Shown: positions 30,201 through 41,491, counted from the stretch's first letter. The stretch is 64,000 bases of DNA from Candidatus Aenigmatarchaeota archaeon (GCA_963726265.1 CAVSBQ010000002.1:861795-925794); one strand, 5' to 3'. Translations and numbers: made by a program. Notes: generated by a model from the letters alone, not told the origin.

Positions 30201-32707
30201 CTCACGTGCTCCGATACGGGCGGCTCGGGCTGCAACAAGACTTACTATAAAATTGTGAACGCCACCGACAGCTGCGGCACAACGGGCTTCACCGTCGTCA
30301 GCGCGGGTTTTGTCAAGGACAACGTGACCTGCCCCTTCGGCCAGACTTGCGACCTCAAGGTATGCTATTATTCTAATGACCGCGCGAACAATTTCGAGAC
30401 GCTGAAGCAGAGCAACTCCTTCCATCTGAAAACGAACGCCTGCCAGGGAAAGCAGTGCGGAGACGCATGTTTATACACCCAGGGCATATGCGACGGGCCT
30501 GACGGCAACTGTTACGCCAGCGGAGGATGCAGGCTCGCTTGCACAGCGCCTTCGCCGGGAACAGGGAACGAGAGGATATGGGTCACTTCCGCCTGCGGCA
30601 GGACGGGCTCCTACAAGTGCGCTGCGTCCTCAATCTGCAGCAACAGCCTCGTCTCATGCTCGGTCGGCGGCTCATCCGCGCCTGTCACTGGCGACTGGGT
30701 TTCATATTCCTATCCGACCGGCTCATACGGAACAGGAGGCTCGTTCAGCATAGCGCTTTCCGGCGTCAGCAAGAGCCCGCTGGGCTTCACCATACTTTCC
30801 GAATGCGCCGTGGTCAAATCCAACGGCAGCGTCGTCTATTTTGACAACTGGGGCACCAACGTGCTGTTCTCATATACCGTGAGGCCGGAAGACCCGGAGG
30901 GCATGTGGACCGTCGACTATTGCGGGCTGTGGTCGGACTTCGAGGGCAACGGCGGTTGGCTGCTGAAGCGCAACGACACGAACTACCAGTTCGCTGTGGA
31001 CAAGTCGCCGCCTTCCATCACCATAAACCGGCCGAAAACGAATGACGTTTATTCGGCTGACTTCACGGCGAACGCCACGGTCAGTGACACGTACTCGTCG
31101 ATTGACAAGGTATTCTATCGCTGGGAAAACACCACCAGCACCGGCGCCTGGGTAGGGATGGCGCTCAGCGGCGGCGAATACACCGCTAACTTCGACGTCG
31201 ATGTGATGGCCGACGGCGTGTATTCGGTAAGGGTCAGGGCGAACGATTCCGTCGGCAACTCCGGCAACGCCTCGGTAAGCAACGTCAGGATAGACAGGCA
31301 AGCTCCGGACATAACCATCTTCAGCCCTGCGTCAGGCTGGCACAACGCCAACTTCAGCGTGACGGCCAGGGTCACGGACAACGATGCGGTCGACCACGTC
31401 CGCTACCGCTGGGAAAACCTCACGAACTCCGGTCCCTGGAACAAAATGAGCCAGGACGCTTCCGGCAATTACACAGGCGATTTTTAACGTGCATTCCGTC
31501 TCGTCGGGCAACTACACGGTGAAGGTATGGGCCAACGACACCAAGGAACAACATCGCCGAAAAAACGGTGGACAGGGTGGGCATCGATTACGTCGCCCCC
31601 GCTTCAGCAATGACGAAGCCCGTTCCCAACACCTTCGTGATGAGCAGCGTCTTCAACATCTCATGGACAGGAAGCGACAGCCACAGCGGGGTGAAATGCT
31701 ATTACGTGACTTACAAGTATTGCGACAACGGCAACTACTACTGCCCCAATGAGCAATACAACGTCAGCTTCCCGGGAGGCAGGTGTACGACTCTGACGCA
31801 ATACGAGTTCAACCCGTCCAACGAGCTTTCGTGGGTGCAGGACTTCAACAACTACACGTTCTTCTTCAAGGCCGTCGCTTTGGACAACGCCGGCAACTAC
31901 GAATCCAAGGCGGTCTGGGAGACCAACATCACGATTTACATACCCAAGCTCGTGACCTTCGCGACCATAGAAAACACGACCAAGAACAGCATCAGGAACG
32001 GAGGCAAGGTCGCGACCAACAGGACCGTCGTCATATCTGTTAATGCTAAGGCCGACGTGACCGGCGTACTCAACATAACAGTCTACTATTCCAAGCACGC
32101 GGTCGGCGCGGCCCCGTCGGCTTGGACGCCCGTCTCCTGCCTCAACATCAGGGAGTGCAACGCCTCCATACAGATGAACCTGACCGCTGCGCAGGAAAGG
32201 ATGGAGGTCTCCTATTACATCCGGGCGGAAAACGCCAGCATGACCGAATTCCTGCCGCCCAACGCCCCGGCCGGCTACTTCTACTACACGGTCTACCTGC
32301 ATCCCATATGCAACTTCCTCGTGATGGAGGAAGTGAGGGCGATTCTCGGTTCCAACGAACTGGTAGGCATCGAGGTAAGGAACATCCAGGACAGCTACGA
32401 CAACGTCACCCTGTGGTTGATGCCCGCCTTCGCAAGGTTCGTGGAGACGGACTCGCAGAAGCTTACCGTGGCCCTGAACCCCTCGGAAGACAGGCTCATC
32501 TACGCGCGCCTCGTCCCGTCCGCGGACGACTTCATGCTCACCCTGGTCGGCAACGAGTCGCAGGCAGACCCCGAGCTTTACGACGAGGACTCAGTGCGCG
32601 TCATCCTCGGCTTCCCGCCCAACTTCTCCGAGCTCAGCGATTTCGCAGCAATAGTGCTGGTCCTGCTGGCGGGAATGCTATACTTCATATTCTTCAAGAA
32701 GGACTGA
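27216..32707 (+). CDS. Giant (about 1800 aa) Cys-rich surface protein with Ig-like repeats and C-terminal TM anchor; frameshifts near 31485 and 31550
   Basis: Signal peptide; four CCGDD-centred Cys repeats; repeated D(K/T)xxP-delimited Ig-like units (CSDxxSGC, DNAGN); many NxT/S sequons; ORF 31568..32707 continues the same repeats and ends AAIVLVLLAGMLYFIFFKKD. Confidence 0.8.
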
Positions 32708-32777
32708 AAGAAGGCCTGTTTTTGAAAATCCAAAGGAACATATATTATTAAAAATCTTCCTGCATATCTTATCTATT

Positions 32778-33056
32778 ATGAAGATTCTGGAGTATAAAGG
32801 ATTTAGAATATGCAGGGACTCGTCTCCGTACGCAGGACAAAAAAGCCTTGAAAAACCGCCTTATTCCTTTCACGTAGACAAGAATAGCGTGCTGCATATA
32901 CATAGAAAAATCGATGACATGGTGCTTCAGATGGCCGAACATCCCATAAAAGAGATAAATGTCTCGGACAAAAAGGAAATAAGAATAATAATTGACCAGC
33001 ACGAGAGCGACCTGAGAAGCCTTTTGCAGCCTGATTGTGTGGCGGCAGTAGCTTAG
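32778..33056 (+). CDS. Hypothetical protein (92 aa)
   Basis: Standalone AT-rich ORF filling the gap before the pelota 3' end. Confidence 0.5.
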   Translation: MKILEYKGFRICRDSSPYAGQKSLEKPPYSFHVDKNSVLHIHRKIDDMVLQMAEHPIKEINVSDKKEIRIIIDQHESDLRSLLQPDCVAAVA

Positions 33057-33079
33057 AAATTCAGGATTCTATCCTGAGC

Positions 33080-34084
33080 CTAGAACTCAACCCTGAACCT
33101 CAAAAACCCGGCTATCCCTCCGATGTGCAGGAACTGCTCCCCGAGCTCGTGGTCTGCTGCTATTATGACGACTGCGCCTGCCATCTTCTCCTCCTCGTCC
33201 ATCAGCCGCTCGAACTCGTTCACCTTCTCCTGCGCCACGAAAAGCGTCTCGACCGCGCCCATGCGAATCGCCTTTTCCGTCTCTTTCGCTCCGTACACGA
33301 CGAGCCCGTCCGTCTTCATGCGCTTCAGGATTTCGTTGACGTACCCGGCTTCCCTGGCCACGCGCGTCTCCCTGAGAAGCCTGTTCGCCGACTTCTTGAG
33401 GACCTCCTGCACGCCGTTCATGCCCGTCGCGCTCGCATGCTCGATTATGATTTTCCTCGCCAACTCTTTGTCCTTCGCAGTCACGTACCGCAGCAAATTC
33501 TCGCGCTCGAAGCCCGGCCCCGCCACGACGATGGTCTGCACCTCCTGGCCCCTGAGATACGAGATTATCTTGTCGTAATACTTTTCCATGTTCTCGCGGT
33601 CGTAGTTCTCTATCCGCGCCTTCATCTCCACGCCCGACTCGCGGAGGACTGCGAAGTCCGCTTCTTCCCTGTCGAGCACGCATACCATGAAATTCGCTTT
33701 CGCCACCTTCGCCTTCTCCAGCCTGTCGAGCTGGTGCGCCTTCCAGCGCTTCTTCTGCACCGTCACCACCGAGCCCGCCTCGACCTGAAGCGAATGGTAG
33801 GAGTTCATGGGGACGTCTTCCGGCCCAGCCACAATCGGCCCGCTCAGCCTGAGCACGCCCGAATCGCGGTGGAACTCCATCTTCTCGAGTTTGATGGTCA
33901 GCATCATCGGCTTCTTATCGCCGTATTCGTATTCCCCACCTCGTTTGACCGAGGCCTTGCGGAAGGTCCTGGAGGTAACCATGTCGCCAACTTCGAGCAC
34001 GCGCTCCAGATGCCACATGTCTTCCGGCGACTCCACCTGGACCTTGACCTTCTGTTCCCTCATGTCCCTGTTCAGGATTTTCAT
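33080..34084 (-). CDS. pelA: Ribosome rescue factor Pelota/Dom34
   Basis: EDMWHL, LRLSGPI, YHSL, VAGPGF, VYG...GAVETL, GGIAGFLRF. Confidence 0.93.
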   Translation of the reverse strand: MKILNRDMREQKVKVQVESPEDMWHLERVLEVGDMVTSRTFRKASVKRGGEYEYGDKKPMMLTIKLEKMEFHRDSGVLRLSGPIVAGPEDVPMNSYHSLQVEAGSVVTVQKKRWKAHQLDRLEKAKVAKANFMVCVLDREEADFAVLRESGVEMKARIENYDRENMEKYYDKIISYLRGQEVQTIVVAGPGFERENLLRYVTAKDKELARKIIIEHASATGMNGVQEVLKKSANRLLRETRVAREAGYVNEILKRMKTDGLVVYGAKETEKAIRMGAVETLFVAQEKVNEFERLMDEEEKMAGAVVIIAADHELGEQFLHIGGIAGFLRFRVEF

Positions 34085-34148
34085 GAGTCCACTACACCTT
34101 TCTATTCCATTTCGACTAAAATACGCAGATTATTATGTGGTTTTAGCA

Positions 34149-34454
34149 TCATTCGTCCATTTCAGCCAAGAAAGCATCGATAATTTTTATACGGGAGGGC
34201 TCCGTGTCGCTTAAAGTTTCTACAGCCTGCAAAGCTGTCAAATATCGGGTCTGAGAAAAGCCAGCATTGAGGACTTTTTTCAATTTTACCCTTTCTGCTT
34301 TAGTGAAAAAAGGCAGCGCTTCTATTAGCATATTACCATGGGTCTCAATCTGGTTTGGTACACTGCCTTTTCGCAATTCTTGCAATTCAGTCAGGTAAAT
34401 GCCCAAAATACCATACCTGAGCTCTTTAAGTTTTTCAGGGTTGTATTTTCCCAT
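34149..34454 (-). CDS. Hypothetical protein (101 aa)
   Basis: AT-rich ORF with an upstream TTTTAAAT TATA-like box. Confidence 0.5.
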   Translation of the reverse strand: MGKYNPEKLKELRYGILGIYLTELQELRKGSVPNQIETHGNMLIEALPFFTKAERVKLKKVLNAGFSQTRYLTALQAVETLSDTEPSRIKIIDAFLAEMDE

Positions 34455-34552
34455 AATAGACTCTCTGGATGCTTAAATTTAAAAGGCTTCTGGATCAGCA
34501 GAATCAGACTCTAAAAATAAAGATTTAAAGTATTGCCCCAATAGAAATTAAT

Positions 34553-35698
34553 ATGGACGAGTTTGTCGTTCTGCTGATAATCGCGGTAGTGATAATAGGC
34601 GCTTTCATGGTCATCGGTACGCCTTTAGCCAACTGGGCCGAGGGCAACTGGACCACGGGCGGCGCAACAGGGAATTACAAGTCCCTTGCCACCTTCGACT
34701 TGGGCAGGGTCGGCCTGTCCGACACCGAGGTCTCGAGGACGCTTAATTTCGGCTCGTTCACCCTTGGCCAGGACCAGGAGCAGTCGCTCAAGGAGATGAC
34801 CACGCTCAGCGTCTCGCAAGGCTATTTCGGCAGCGATTCGAAGAAGTTCGACATCGCTATCGACGAGAACATCCTCAACAACCTCAAGGACGTTAAAATA
34901 TCGTTTGACATGGGAGAGACGAACCTGTACGGCAACCTCATTTTCAAGTGGAATGACAAGGTCGTTTTCGACAAGCTGGCGAACCTCAACCACTATGACA
35001 TCATAATCGAGCCAGGCGACGTCGAGGCCGATAACACGCTCGTCATCGCCGCGGCGACGCCAGGCATGTATTTCTGGGCCGCAACCACATACAGCATGAA
35101 GGATTTCAAGGTCGTCGCGGAATACGGGCCCGAGAAGTTCGCCTCGTTCAAGGTCTACCCGAACGAAATCGAGGGATGGAACAAGGGCGTCCTGAGCTTC
35201 CACACCAACAATGCGCAGGCTGCGCAGCTGAGCATAAAACTCAACGGCCAGCAGATATACAGCGCGACCAGCCCCGGTTCTCAGGTCACCAAGGAGTTCC
35301 AGTATTCGGAAATCGGGAACGCCATACGCATCGGCGACAACGTCATCTCGTTCAAGTCCACGGGTTCGCTGGCGCTCAGCGACGTGCAATTCGTAATCAG
35401 TCTCGCAGCCGGCTCGGCAATCAAGGAGAGAGGCTTCAACGTTTCAAGCGCCGACAAGGGCCTGCTGGCCGGGAAAGGCAAGGGCAAAATCGAGTTCACG
35501 GTCGACAGCGTCGACCGCCAGGGCGTCCTTATCATAAAGCTCAACAGCAACCAGCTCAACATACAGTCCGTGCGTGCAGGAGTGAACACGGTTGACTTCG
35601 CATCCAGCGACGTTTTCGAGGGCGCGAACACCGTGACCTTCAGCAGCGGCACGGGCAGCTGGGACATCAACGGCGTCAAGGTGGGTATCGCATACTAG
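34553..35698 (+). CDS. N-terminally anchored, beta-rich extracellular protein
   Basis: Hydrophobic N-terminal helix; repeated L.IKLN...G.N...F beta-sandwich-like units. Confidence 0.65.
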   Translation: MDEFVVLLIIAVVIIGAFMVIGTPLANWAEGNWTTGGATGNYKSLATFDLGRVGLSDTEVSRTLNFGSFTLGQDQEQSLKEMTTLSVSQGYFGSDSKKFDIAIDENILNNLKDVKISFDMGETNLYGNLIFKWNDKVVFDKLANLNHYDIIIEPGDVEADNTLVIAAATPGMYFWAATTYSMKDFKVVAEYGPEKFASFKVYPNEIEGWNKGVLSFHTNNAQAAQLSIKLNGQQIYSATSPGSQVTKEFQYSEIGNAIRIGDNVISFKSTGSLALSDVQFVISLAAGSAIKERGFNVSSADKGLLAGKGKGKIEFTVDSVDRQGVLIIKLNSNQLNIQSVRAGVNTVDFASSDVFEGANTVTFSSGTGSWDINGVKVGIAY

Positions 35699-35765
35699 CA
35701 TAGCGTATTAATCCAAGTGAATGCCAGCACCAAGCGAGTAAGTGAGTAAGCGAGTGCGTATTTCT

Positions 35766-36143
35766 ATGGCTGAGTGCGAGGTCTGCGGCAAGGAGTCCGC
35801 GAACAAGCGAGCCGAGATAGACGGCGTCATTCTCGAGGTCTGCGACAACTGCGTGAAGCTCGGCAAGGAAGTCGCCCCTCCAAGACCCATTTTCATCAGG
35901 CAAGCAGTCGCGAAAACTCCAAAACCAGAGTCCATCGAAAGCGAACGCGAGCTCGCAAGCGATTTCTCAACACGAATAAGAAAAGCGCGAGAGCAAAGGA
36001 ATCTCACCCAGGACGAAGCAGCGATGAAGATGGGCATCTCCCATCTTATTTACAAGCGCATCGAGGGCGGCTTCAAGCCCGACGACTCAACAGCAAAAAG
36101 GCTCGAGAGGTTTTACAGCATCGAGCTGTATGCGAAGAACTAG
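35766..36143 (+). CDS. Archaeal multiprotein bridging factor aMBF1 (Zn-ribbon + HTH)
   Basis: CEVCG...IDG..LEVCDNC...IRKAREQRNLTQDE. Confidence 0.88.
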   Translation: MAECEVCGKESANKRAEIDGVILEVCDNCVKLGKEVAPPRPIFIRQAVAKTPKPESIESERELASDFSTRIRKAREQRNLTQDEAAMKMGISHLIYKRIEGGFKPDDSTAKRLERFYSIELYAKN

Positions 36144-36172
36144 TTTTTAAAATCAAATAATTTACTAATATT

Positions 36173-36796
36173 ATGAATAAAAATAAACAAATAAAAAATA
36201 AGGTTTCTGAACTACAGCGATCCGTTCATATAGTCAATGAAAAAGGCTTTTTTAAAGACCCAATCAGGGTATCAAATATTCTCACTTCCGTATTGATTAT
36301 TGTTACAATATCTTCAGTAATTGCTACTTGTGGTATCATTTCTCTAACTAGATCTCTTGAAAATACACGACAGAAAGAGCTAATTGTTTCTAAAGTGCAA
36401 TTTGTCGATAAGCTCATACTTGAACTAAAGGAAAACGAGGGCAAATTGGAACACTTAAATAAAAGTCTCGATGAATTTAGGGATAATAACGCCAACCCAA
36501 TCGATACAATTTCGATTGTTATGTTAGAAAATTCGTTTGATTTTATAGATGATAAAGAATTAGTTCAAGATATATTCGCATATTTGACAGGGTTTAGGCT
36601 ACTGAAAAAAGACATTGAATATCTCCCAGTCGGAGATATGATAGTTAAAAATGATACAATAACTAAAACACGAGACAACCTTAACGGCTTATTGGCTGGA
36701 GCCAAAAATTATGATGGCCACGTGATATATGGCATTTCCAAATTAATTGAAAAATTAGAAAGTTATAAATCTAAATTAGAAAATCAATCATTGTAA
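36173..36796 (+). CDS. Hypothetical single-TM protein, very AT-rich
   Basis: One TM helix near residues 35-57 followed by a helical domain. Confidence 0.6.
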   Translation: MNKNKQIKNKVSELQRSVHIVNEKGFFKDPIRVSNILTSVLIIVTISSVIATCGIISLTRSLENTRQKELIVSKVQFVDKLILELKENEGKLEHLNKSLDEFRDNNANPIDTISIVMLENSFDFIDDKELVQDIFAYLTGFRLLKKDIEYLPVGDMIVKNDTITKTRDNLNGLLAGAKNYDGHVIYGISKLIEKLESYKSKLENQSL

Positions 36797-36799
36797 TTT

Positions 36800-36856
36800 T
36801 TACTCCCCAACCACCTGCACCACTATCTCCCTCTCCCTCGGTCTCGTATCGAGGTC
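36800..36856 (-). pseudogene. Relic of a yjbQ 3' end
   Basis: Translates DLDTRPREREIVVQVVGE*, compared with DFDTRPRNREIVVQIIGD* at the end of the intact yjbQ (37666-37722). Confidence 0.8.
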
Positions 36857-37001
36857 GCGCCAATAAAACGAAATTAACTTTATAAACCACTACTACCTAT
36901 AAACTTATAGGTATATAGAGATAAATGAACAGTGAAAATCCGTTCATGCTAAGTGAACATTTTGTTCATTTATGATGAACAGTTAAAGATAGAAAAGAAA
37001 T

Positions 37002-37343
37002 ATGCAAAAGAATATGCTCGCGCATGCCCAAGCTGCGCATGGCAGGGGAAGCGAGAAGGAATGGCATATAGAATTCAGCTGCAAGGTGGCGCATTACCCG
37101 AGGCTCGACACGGTCATCATGGTAGCGGAAGCCATAAAGAAGATAGGTCCGTGCACGAAGACCGAACTTTCAAGGAAGCTGAAGAAGGAGGTAATGTGGC
37201 CTACGCTGACCGTGATACTGGATTATTTCGAGACCATGGGCTTCATCGTCAAGGACAAGGCAGGAAGGATAGTCTGGATATACAATCCCGAGATGGTCAG
37301 GAAGTATGCGAAGAGAAAGGATCTTGAATGGAAGCCAAGATAA
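37002..37343 (+). CDS. Winged-HTH protein, putative antitoxin
   Basis: HYPRLDTVIMV...KTELSRKL...MWPTLTVILDYFE..G; overlaps the toxin start. True start may lie downstream. Confidence 0.65.
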   Translation: MQKNMLAHAQAAHGRGSEKEWHIEFSCKVAHYPRLDTVIMVAEAIKKIGPCTKTELSRKLKKEVMWPTLTVILDYFETMGFIVKDKAGRIVWIYNPEMVRKYAKRKDLEWKPR

Positions 37344-37657
37344 TATTTGCCGACAAAAAGCTGAAAGAAGAATACGAGTCGCTTGAGCACAGCGCGGAAT
37401 TCGGCTGGCTTTACAAAGCGCTTAACAGAGCGTTCGCTGACATAATGGATAAGCCTTCCATCGGCGTACCGCTCAAGAAAAACAGGATACCGAAAGACCT
37501 AGCACGCAAAAAGATAGACAACATCTGGAAATACGATTTGCCAAGCGGATGGCGACTTTTGTATTCGCTTGGCCGTGAAGGCATAACGATAATAGCGCTT
37601 GTTCTGGAGTGGTGCGACCACGACGGTTATCAGAAGAGATACAGTGGCAGGAAATAA
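37328..37657 (+). CDS. RelE/ParE-like toxin
   Basis: KPSIG..L...IP...NIWKYDLPSGWRLLYSL...VLEWCDH. Confidence 0.65.
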   Translation: MEAKIIFADKKLKEEYESLEHSAEFGWLYKALNRAFADIMDKPSIGVPLKKNRIPKDLARKKIDNIWKYDLPSGWRLLYSLGREGITIIALVLEWCDHDGYQKRYSGRK

Positions 37658-37665
37658 GATGCTTT

Positions 37666-38082
37666 TCAGTCTCCGATTATTTGCACTACTATTTCCCTAT
37701 TACGCGGCCTCGTATCGAAGTCCAAAAGAGCGATTTGCTGCCACGTGCCTAACAGGAGCTTGCGGTTCTCAAAGGGGACTGTGATGCCCGGCTTCATGAG
37801 GCATGCGCGGACATGCGCGCTGCCGTTGTCGTCGTGCCATGTTTTGTGATGCTCGTAATCTGCGCCTTCTGGGGCGATTTTGTTTAGGGCGCGCTTGATG
37901 TCCTTGATGAGGTTTGGTTCGTATTCTAATGTCGAGATGGAAGCGGTCGAGCCGCTGACGAAGACGCAGGCTATGCCTGACTTGATTTTGGACTTGCGAA
38001 TGATGTCTGCGACTTCTGCCGTGATGTCTATGATGTCCGTCGCGCCTTTCGTGCTGACTGAGAACCTTGAAGTTTCCGCCAT
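37666..38082 (-). CDS. yjbQ: YjbQ/UPF0047 family protein
   Basis: IIDIT, GSTASI..LEYEP, YEHH...DNGSAHVRA, LGTWQQI. Confidence 0.9.
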   Translation of the reverse strand: MAETSRFSVSTKGATDIIDITAEVADIIRKSKIKSGIACVFVSGSTASISTLEYEPNLIKDIKRALNKIAPEGADYEHHKTWHDDNGSAHVRACLMKPGITVPFENRKLLLGTWQQIALLDFDTRPRNREIVVQIIGD

Positions 38083-38138
38083 GATGCCCACGTCAATTAA
38101 TAGGAAGCAAGGAAATAATAAAATATGGAGCGACACGC

Positions 38139-39303
38139 ATGGATGTTGAAAAAGTTGAAAAAGCGGTGGACGCGCAGAAGGCCGGGATGATAAAGCTTCT
38201 TTCTGACCTGCTGGCAAGGAACACGGCCAACCCGCCCGGCAACGAATTCTTCGCGGCAGAGGTCGTCAAGGAATTCTTTGAAAGGGAAAAAATAGCATAC
38301 AGGATTTTCGAAAAGCAGAAGGGCCGTTCGAACATAATCGGTTATATAGGCAAAGGGAAGCCGCGCCTGATTATCGCCTGCCACATGGACACGGTCCCGG
38401 CTGGCGACGGATGGAAATCGAATCCTTTCCGTGCGCGAGTTGAGGGCGACAGGATTTATGGACGAGGCGCGGTCGACAACAAAGGCCCGCTGGCTGGCAT
38501 GCTCATCGCAGGCAAAATCCTCAAGAGGCTCGAGCCATCGCTTCGCTGCCAGGTCATGCTCGCCTGCGTCGCTGACGAGGAGATGGGCTCGGAATTCGGG
38601 ATGCGCTACCTGCTTGACAGCGGCCTCGACGCGGAATATGCGATTGTGCCGGACATAGAGCACGAGCTGAAGAAAATCGACGTCGCTGAGAAAGGGTCTG
38701 CTTGTTCCTGAAGGTCACTTCCCTTGGTCGCCAGGCGCACGGCTCGACTCCAGAAGCCGGGATAAACGCCGTCTGGAACATGCTCGAGTTCCTTGCGCTG
38801 CTCAAACGCTACAGGATGCGTTTTAAACGGCATCGTCTGCTTTCGCCGCCCACCATAAACCTCGGGCGTGATAAAAGGCGGGGAAGCGACGAACATGGTG
38901 CCTGCCGCATGCGAGGCGAAAATCGACATACGCTACCTGCCTTCTCAGAAATCTTCAGATATCATAAATGATGTAAAGAAGATGCTCGCGGTCGAGAAGG
39001 AAAAACAGGAAGGCGAGATTCAGGCTTGAAGTGATTGACCATCAGAAGCCCGTCGCCGTCGAAGGCGGCGCGCTGGTGAGGCTGATCAGAAAGCACGTAA
39101 AAGAGGTCACGGGAAACCATGCCGAGCTCATCGGCATCTCGGGGACGACGCTGGTCAAGCCGCTGGCCGAGAAAGGGATCGTCGCAGTGGGCTTCTCGCC
39201 CGGCAAAGGCCTTGCGCATACGGCGAACGAGTTCATCTCCATCGCCGAGCTCATGGCCTTCGCGAAGATACTGTGCCTGGTCTGCCTCGACCTTTCCGCT
39301 TAG
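38139..39303 (+). CDS. M20 family (ArgE/DapE-like) metallopeptidase/deacylase, several frameshifts
   Basis: NPPGNE, HMDTVP, YGRGAVDNKG, DEEMG, AEKG | GRQAHGSTPEAGINA | GGEATNMVP | AHTANE; breaks near 38700, 38865 and 39025. Confidence 0.85.
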
Positions 39304-39350
39304 GCACGATAATTTTATTGATACTTTTATTAATACGCGAGGGAAAAAAG

Positions 39351-40022
39351 ATGTCTATGAAGGCGAAGAGGACGAAGAGGCTGAAGGCCAGGCCGCATAA
39401 GGCGAGGAAGACGAAGAAAACGAAAGACGCAGCCGGGAAGATAAGGATACTCTGCGTCTCCGACTACCATCGCGACAAGGGAATGGCGGATAACGTCGAG
39501 AAACTGGCCAGGAAGGAGAAGGTAGACGTCATAGTCAATGCGGGCGACTTCCTGTCCGAGGAGTTCGCGGCGAAGACGCTTGGAGCGACGCAGTTCCGCA
39601 CGTTCGTCGTGCGCGGCAACTGGGACCGCGATCTCAGCGTGTCGAACAGGAAGGTCACGGTCCTGCTCAACGAGATTGCCGAGTACAACGGTTATTTTTT
39701 CCTGGGGGTCGACTGGAACTATTACGCGCAGATACCGAAGCTAGCGAAGGGCATCGACCCGAAAAGGCTCATATTAATAACGCACGACCCGCCCTTCGAC
39801 ATCCTCGACATAAGCTACTTCGGCAGCAACGCCGGCATGCCGGAGCTCAGGGAAGTGGTCGAGGCGATAAAACCCGTTCTCCACGTCTTCGGCCACATAC
39901 ACGAGTCCGCCGGCGTGGTCAAGCACAGGGGCACGCTGTTCATCAATGCCGCCCTGCCGGAATACAGGAAAGCCGCGATAGTCGAGCTGCCCAGCCAGAA
40001 GGTTGCCGTTTTCGACGTTTAG
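39351..40022 (+). CDS. Calcineurin-like metallophosphoesterase with Lys/Arg-rich N-terminal extension
   Basis: SDYH, AGD, RGNWD, THDPP, FGHIHE. Confidence 0.88.
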   Translation: MSMKAKRTKRLKARPHKARKTKKTKDAAGKIRILCVSDYHRDKGMADNVEKLARKEKVDVIVNAGDFLSEEFAAKTLGATQFRTFVVRGNWDRDLSVSNRKVTVLLNEIAEYNGYFFLGVDWNYYAQIPKLAKGIDPKRLILITHDPPFDILDISYFGSNAGMPELREVVEAIKPVLHVFGHIHESAGVVKHRGTLFINAALPEYRKAAIVELPSQKVAVFDV

Positions 40023-40117
40023 GACGCTTCTTCAGCTTTTTCCCGTTTTGCTTAAAAACTTAGAATCCAAGAAGACTTAAAATCAATCAAAACAAATAAA
40101 GAATATTGCGTGATTGC

Positions 40118-41430
40118 ATGCCGGAAAAATTCGAGCTGATGAATGCGAAGGGAGCGCGGGACTTTTTGCCAGAGGAAGCCATAGCCAGGCAGGAGATAAC
40201 CGGCATGCTGAAAGCGATATTCGAGAAATACGGCTATTCGCCGCTTGAAACGCCGGCGATTGAACGGAAGGACGTGCTGTCCGCGAAATTCGCAGGCGGC
40301 GCTGAAATAATGAAGGAGATGTTCAAGGTCGAGGACCAGGGCGGGCGTGAACTGGCGTTACGCTACGACCTGACGGTCCCGCTGGCCAAGGTCGTGGGCA
40401 TGAACCCCAACCTTACGAAGCCGTTCAAACGCTATCAAATACAGCCGGTATGGCGCGATGGCCCGATAAAGCTCGGCAGATATCGAGAGTTCCTCCAGTG
40501 CGACGCGGACGTCGTCGGGACGAAGTCCATGCTCGCCGACGCCGAGATACTGGCAATCGCTTCCGAATTCTTCACGAAGCTCGGGCTGAAATTCGTGATA
40601 AGGGTGAACTCGCGCAAGCTCATGAACGGCATGCTCGATTACGCAGGCATCCATGAGAACAAGATGGATGCGATTCTCGCGATAGACAAGCTCGAGAAGT
40701 TCGGCGCAGCCGCTGTGAAGAAAGAGATGGAAGAGAAGGGCTTCGCTGCGAAAGCGGTGGAAAGCCGTGCTGAAGATGCTGGAGCTGAAAGGCGGGAACG
40801 CCGAGCTGCTCGGAAAGGCCGGGAAGCTGATCAAGAGCGAGGAAGGGAAGGAAGGCGTAAAAGAGCTGCAGGGAGCTTCTGGACTATTGCGAGGCCATGG
40901 GCGTTGAGATAAAAATCGACGTCTCGCTGGCGCGCGGGCTGGAATATTACACCGGGCCGGTTTACGAGGTTTACCTGAAGGATTCGAAGGTCACGTCGTC
41001 CGTCGCCGGCGGCGGGCGCTACGACAAGATGATAGGCATGTTCATAGGACGCGGCGAATACCCGGCGACTGGGATTTCATTCGGCATAGAGCCGCTTTTC
41101 GAGGCGCTGAATGAGCAGAAGGAAGCGAGGCCGAAGACCGTTACGCAGGCCCTTGTGATTCCCATAGGCACGCTGGACGACTCGATAAAGCTCGCGAAGA
41201 AGCTGAGGGCGCTGGGAATAAAAACGGAAATCGACCTGATGGGACGCGGCATCTCGTCGAACCTGGACTACGCGAACTCGCTGGGCATTCCTTACGTCGT
41301 GTTCCTGGGGAAGAAAGAGCTCGCGGAAAAGAAGGTCAAGCTGCGCGACATGAAATCGGGCAAGGAAAAAATGGCGACTGCCGAAGAAGCAGCTTCTGTG
41401 ATAACGTCTGGGCCGTCTGGGCGCATCTAA
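40118..41430 (+). CDS. hisS: Histidyl-tRNA synthetase (two +1 indels near 40762 and 40872)
   Basis: KGARDF, LRYDLTVP, WRDGP...GRYREFLQCDAD, RGLEYYTG, GGGRYD, GISFGIE, anticodon-binding domain. Confidence 0.93.
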
Positions 41431-41491
41431 TATTTTTAAGTCCGCTTTTATTATCTATAGTAATCAACCAAACGAAAAAGAGGATGATATC

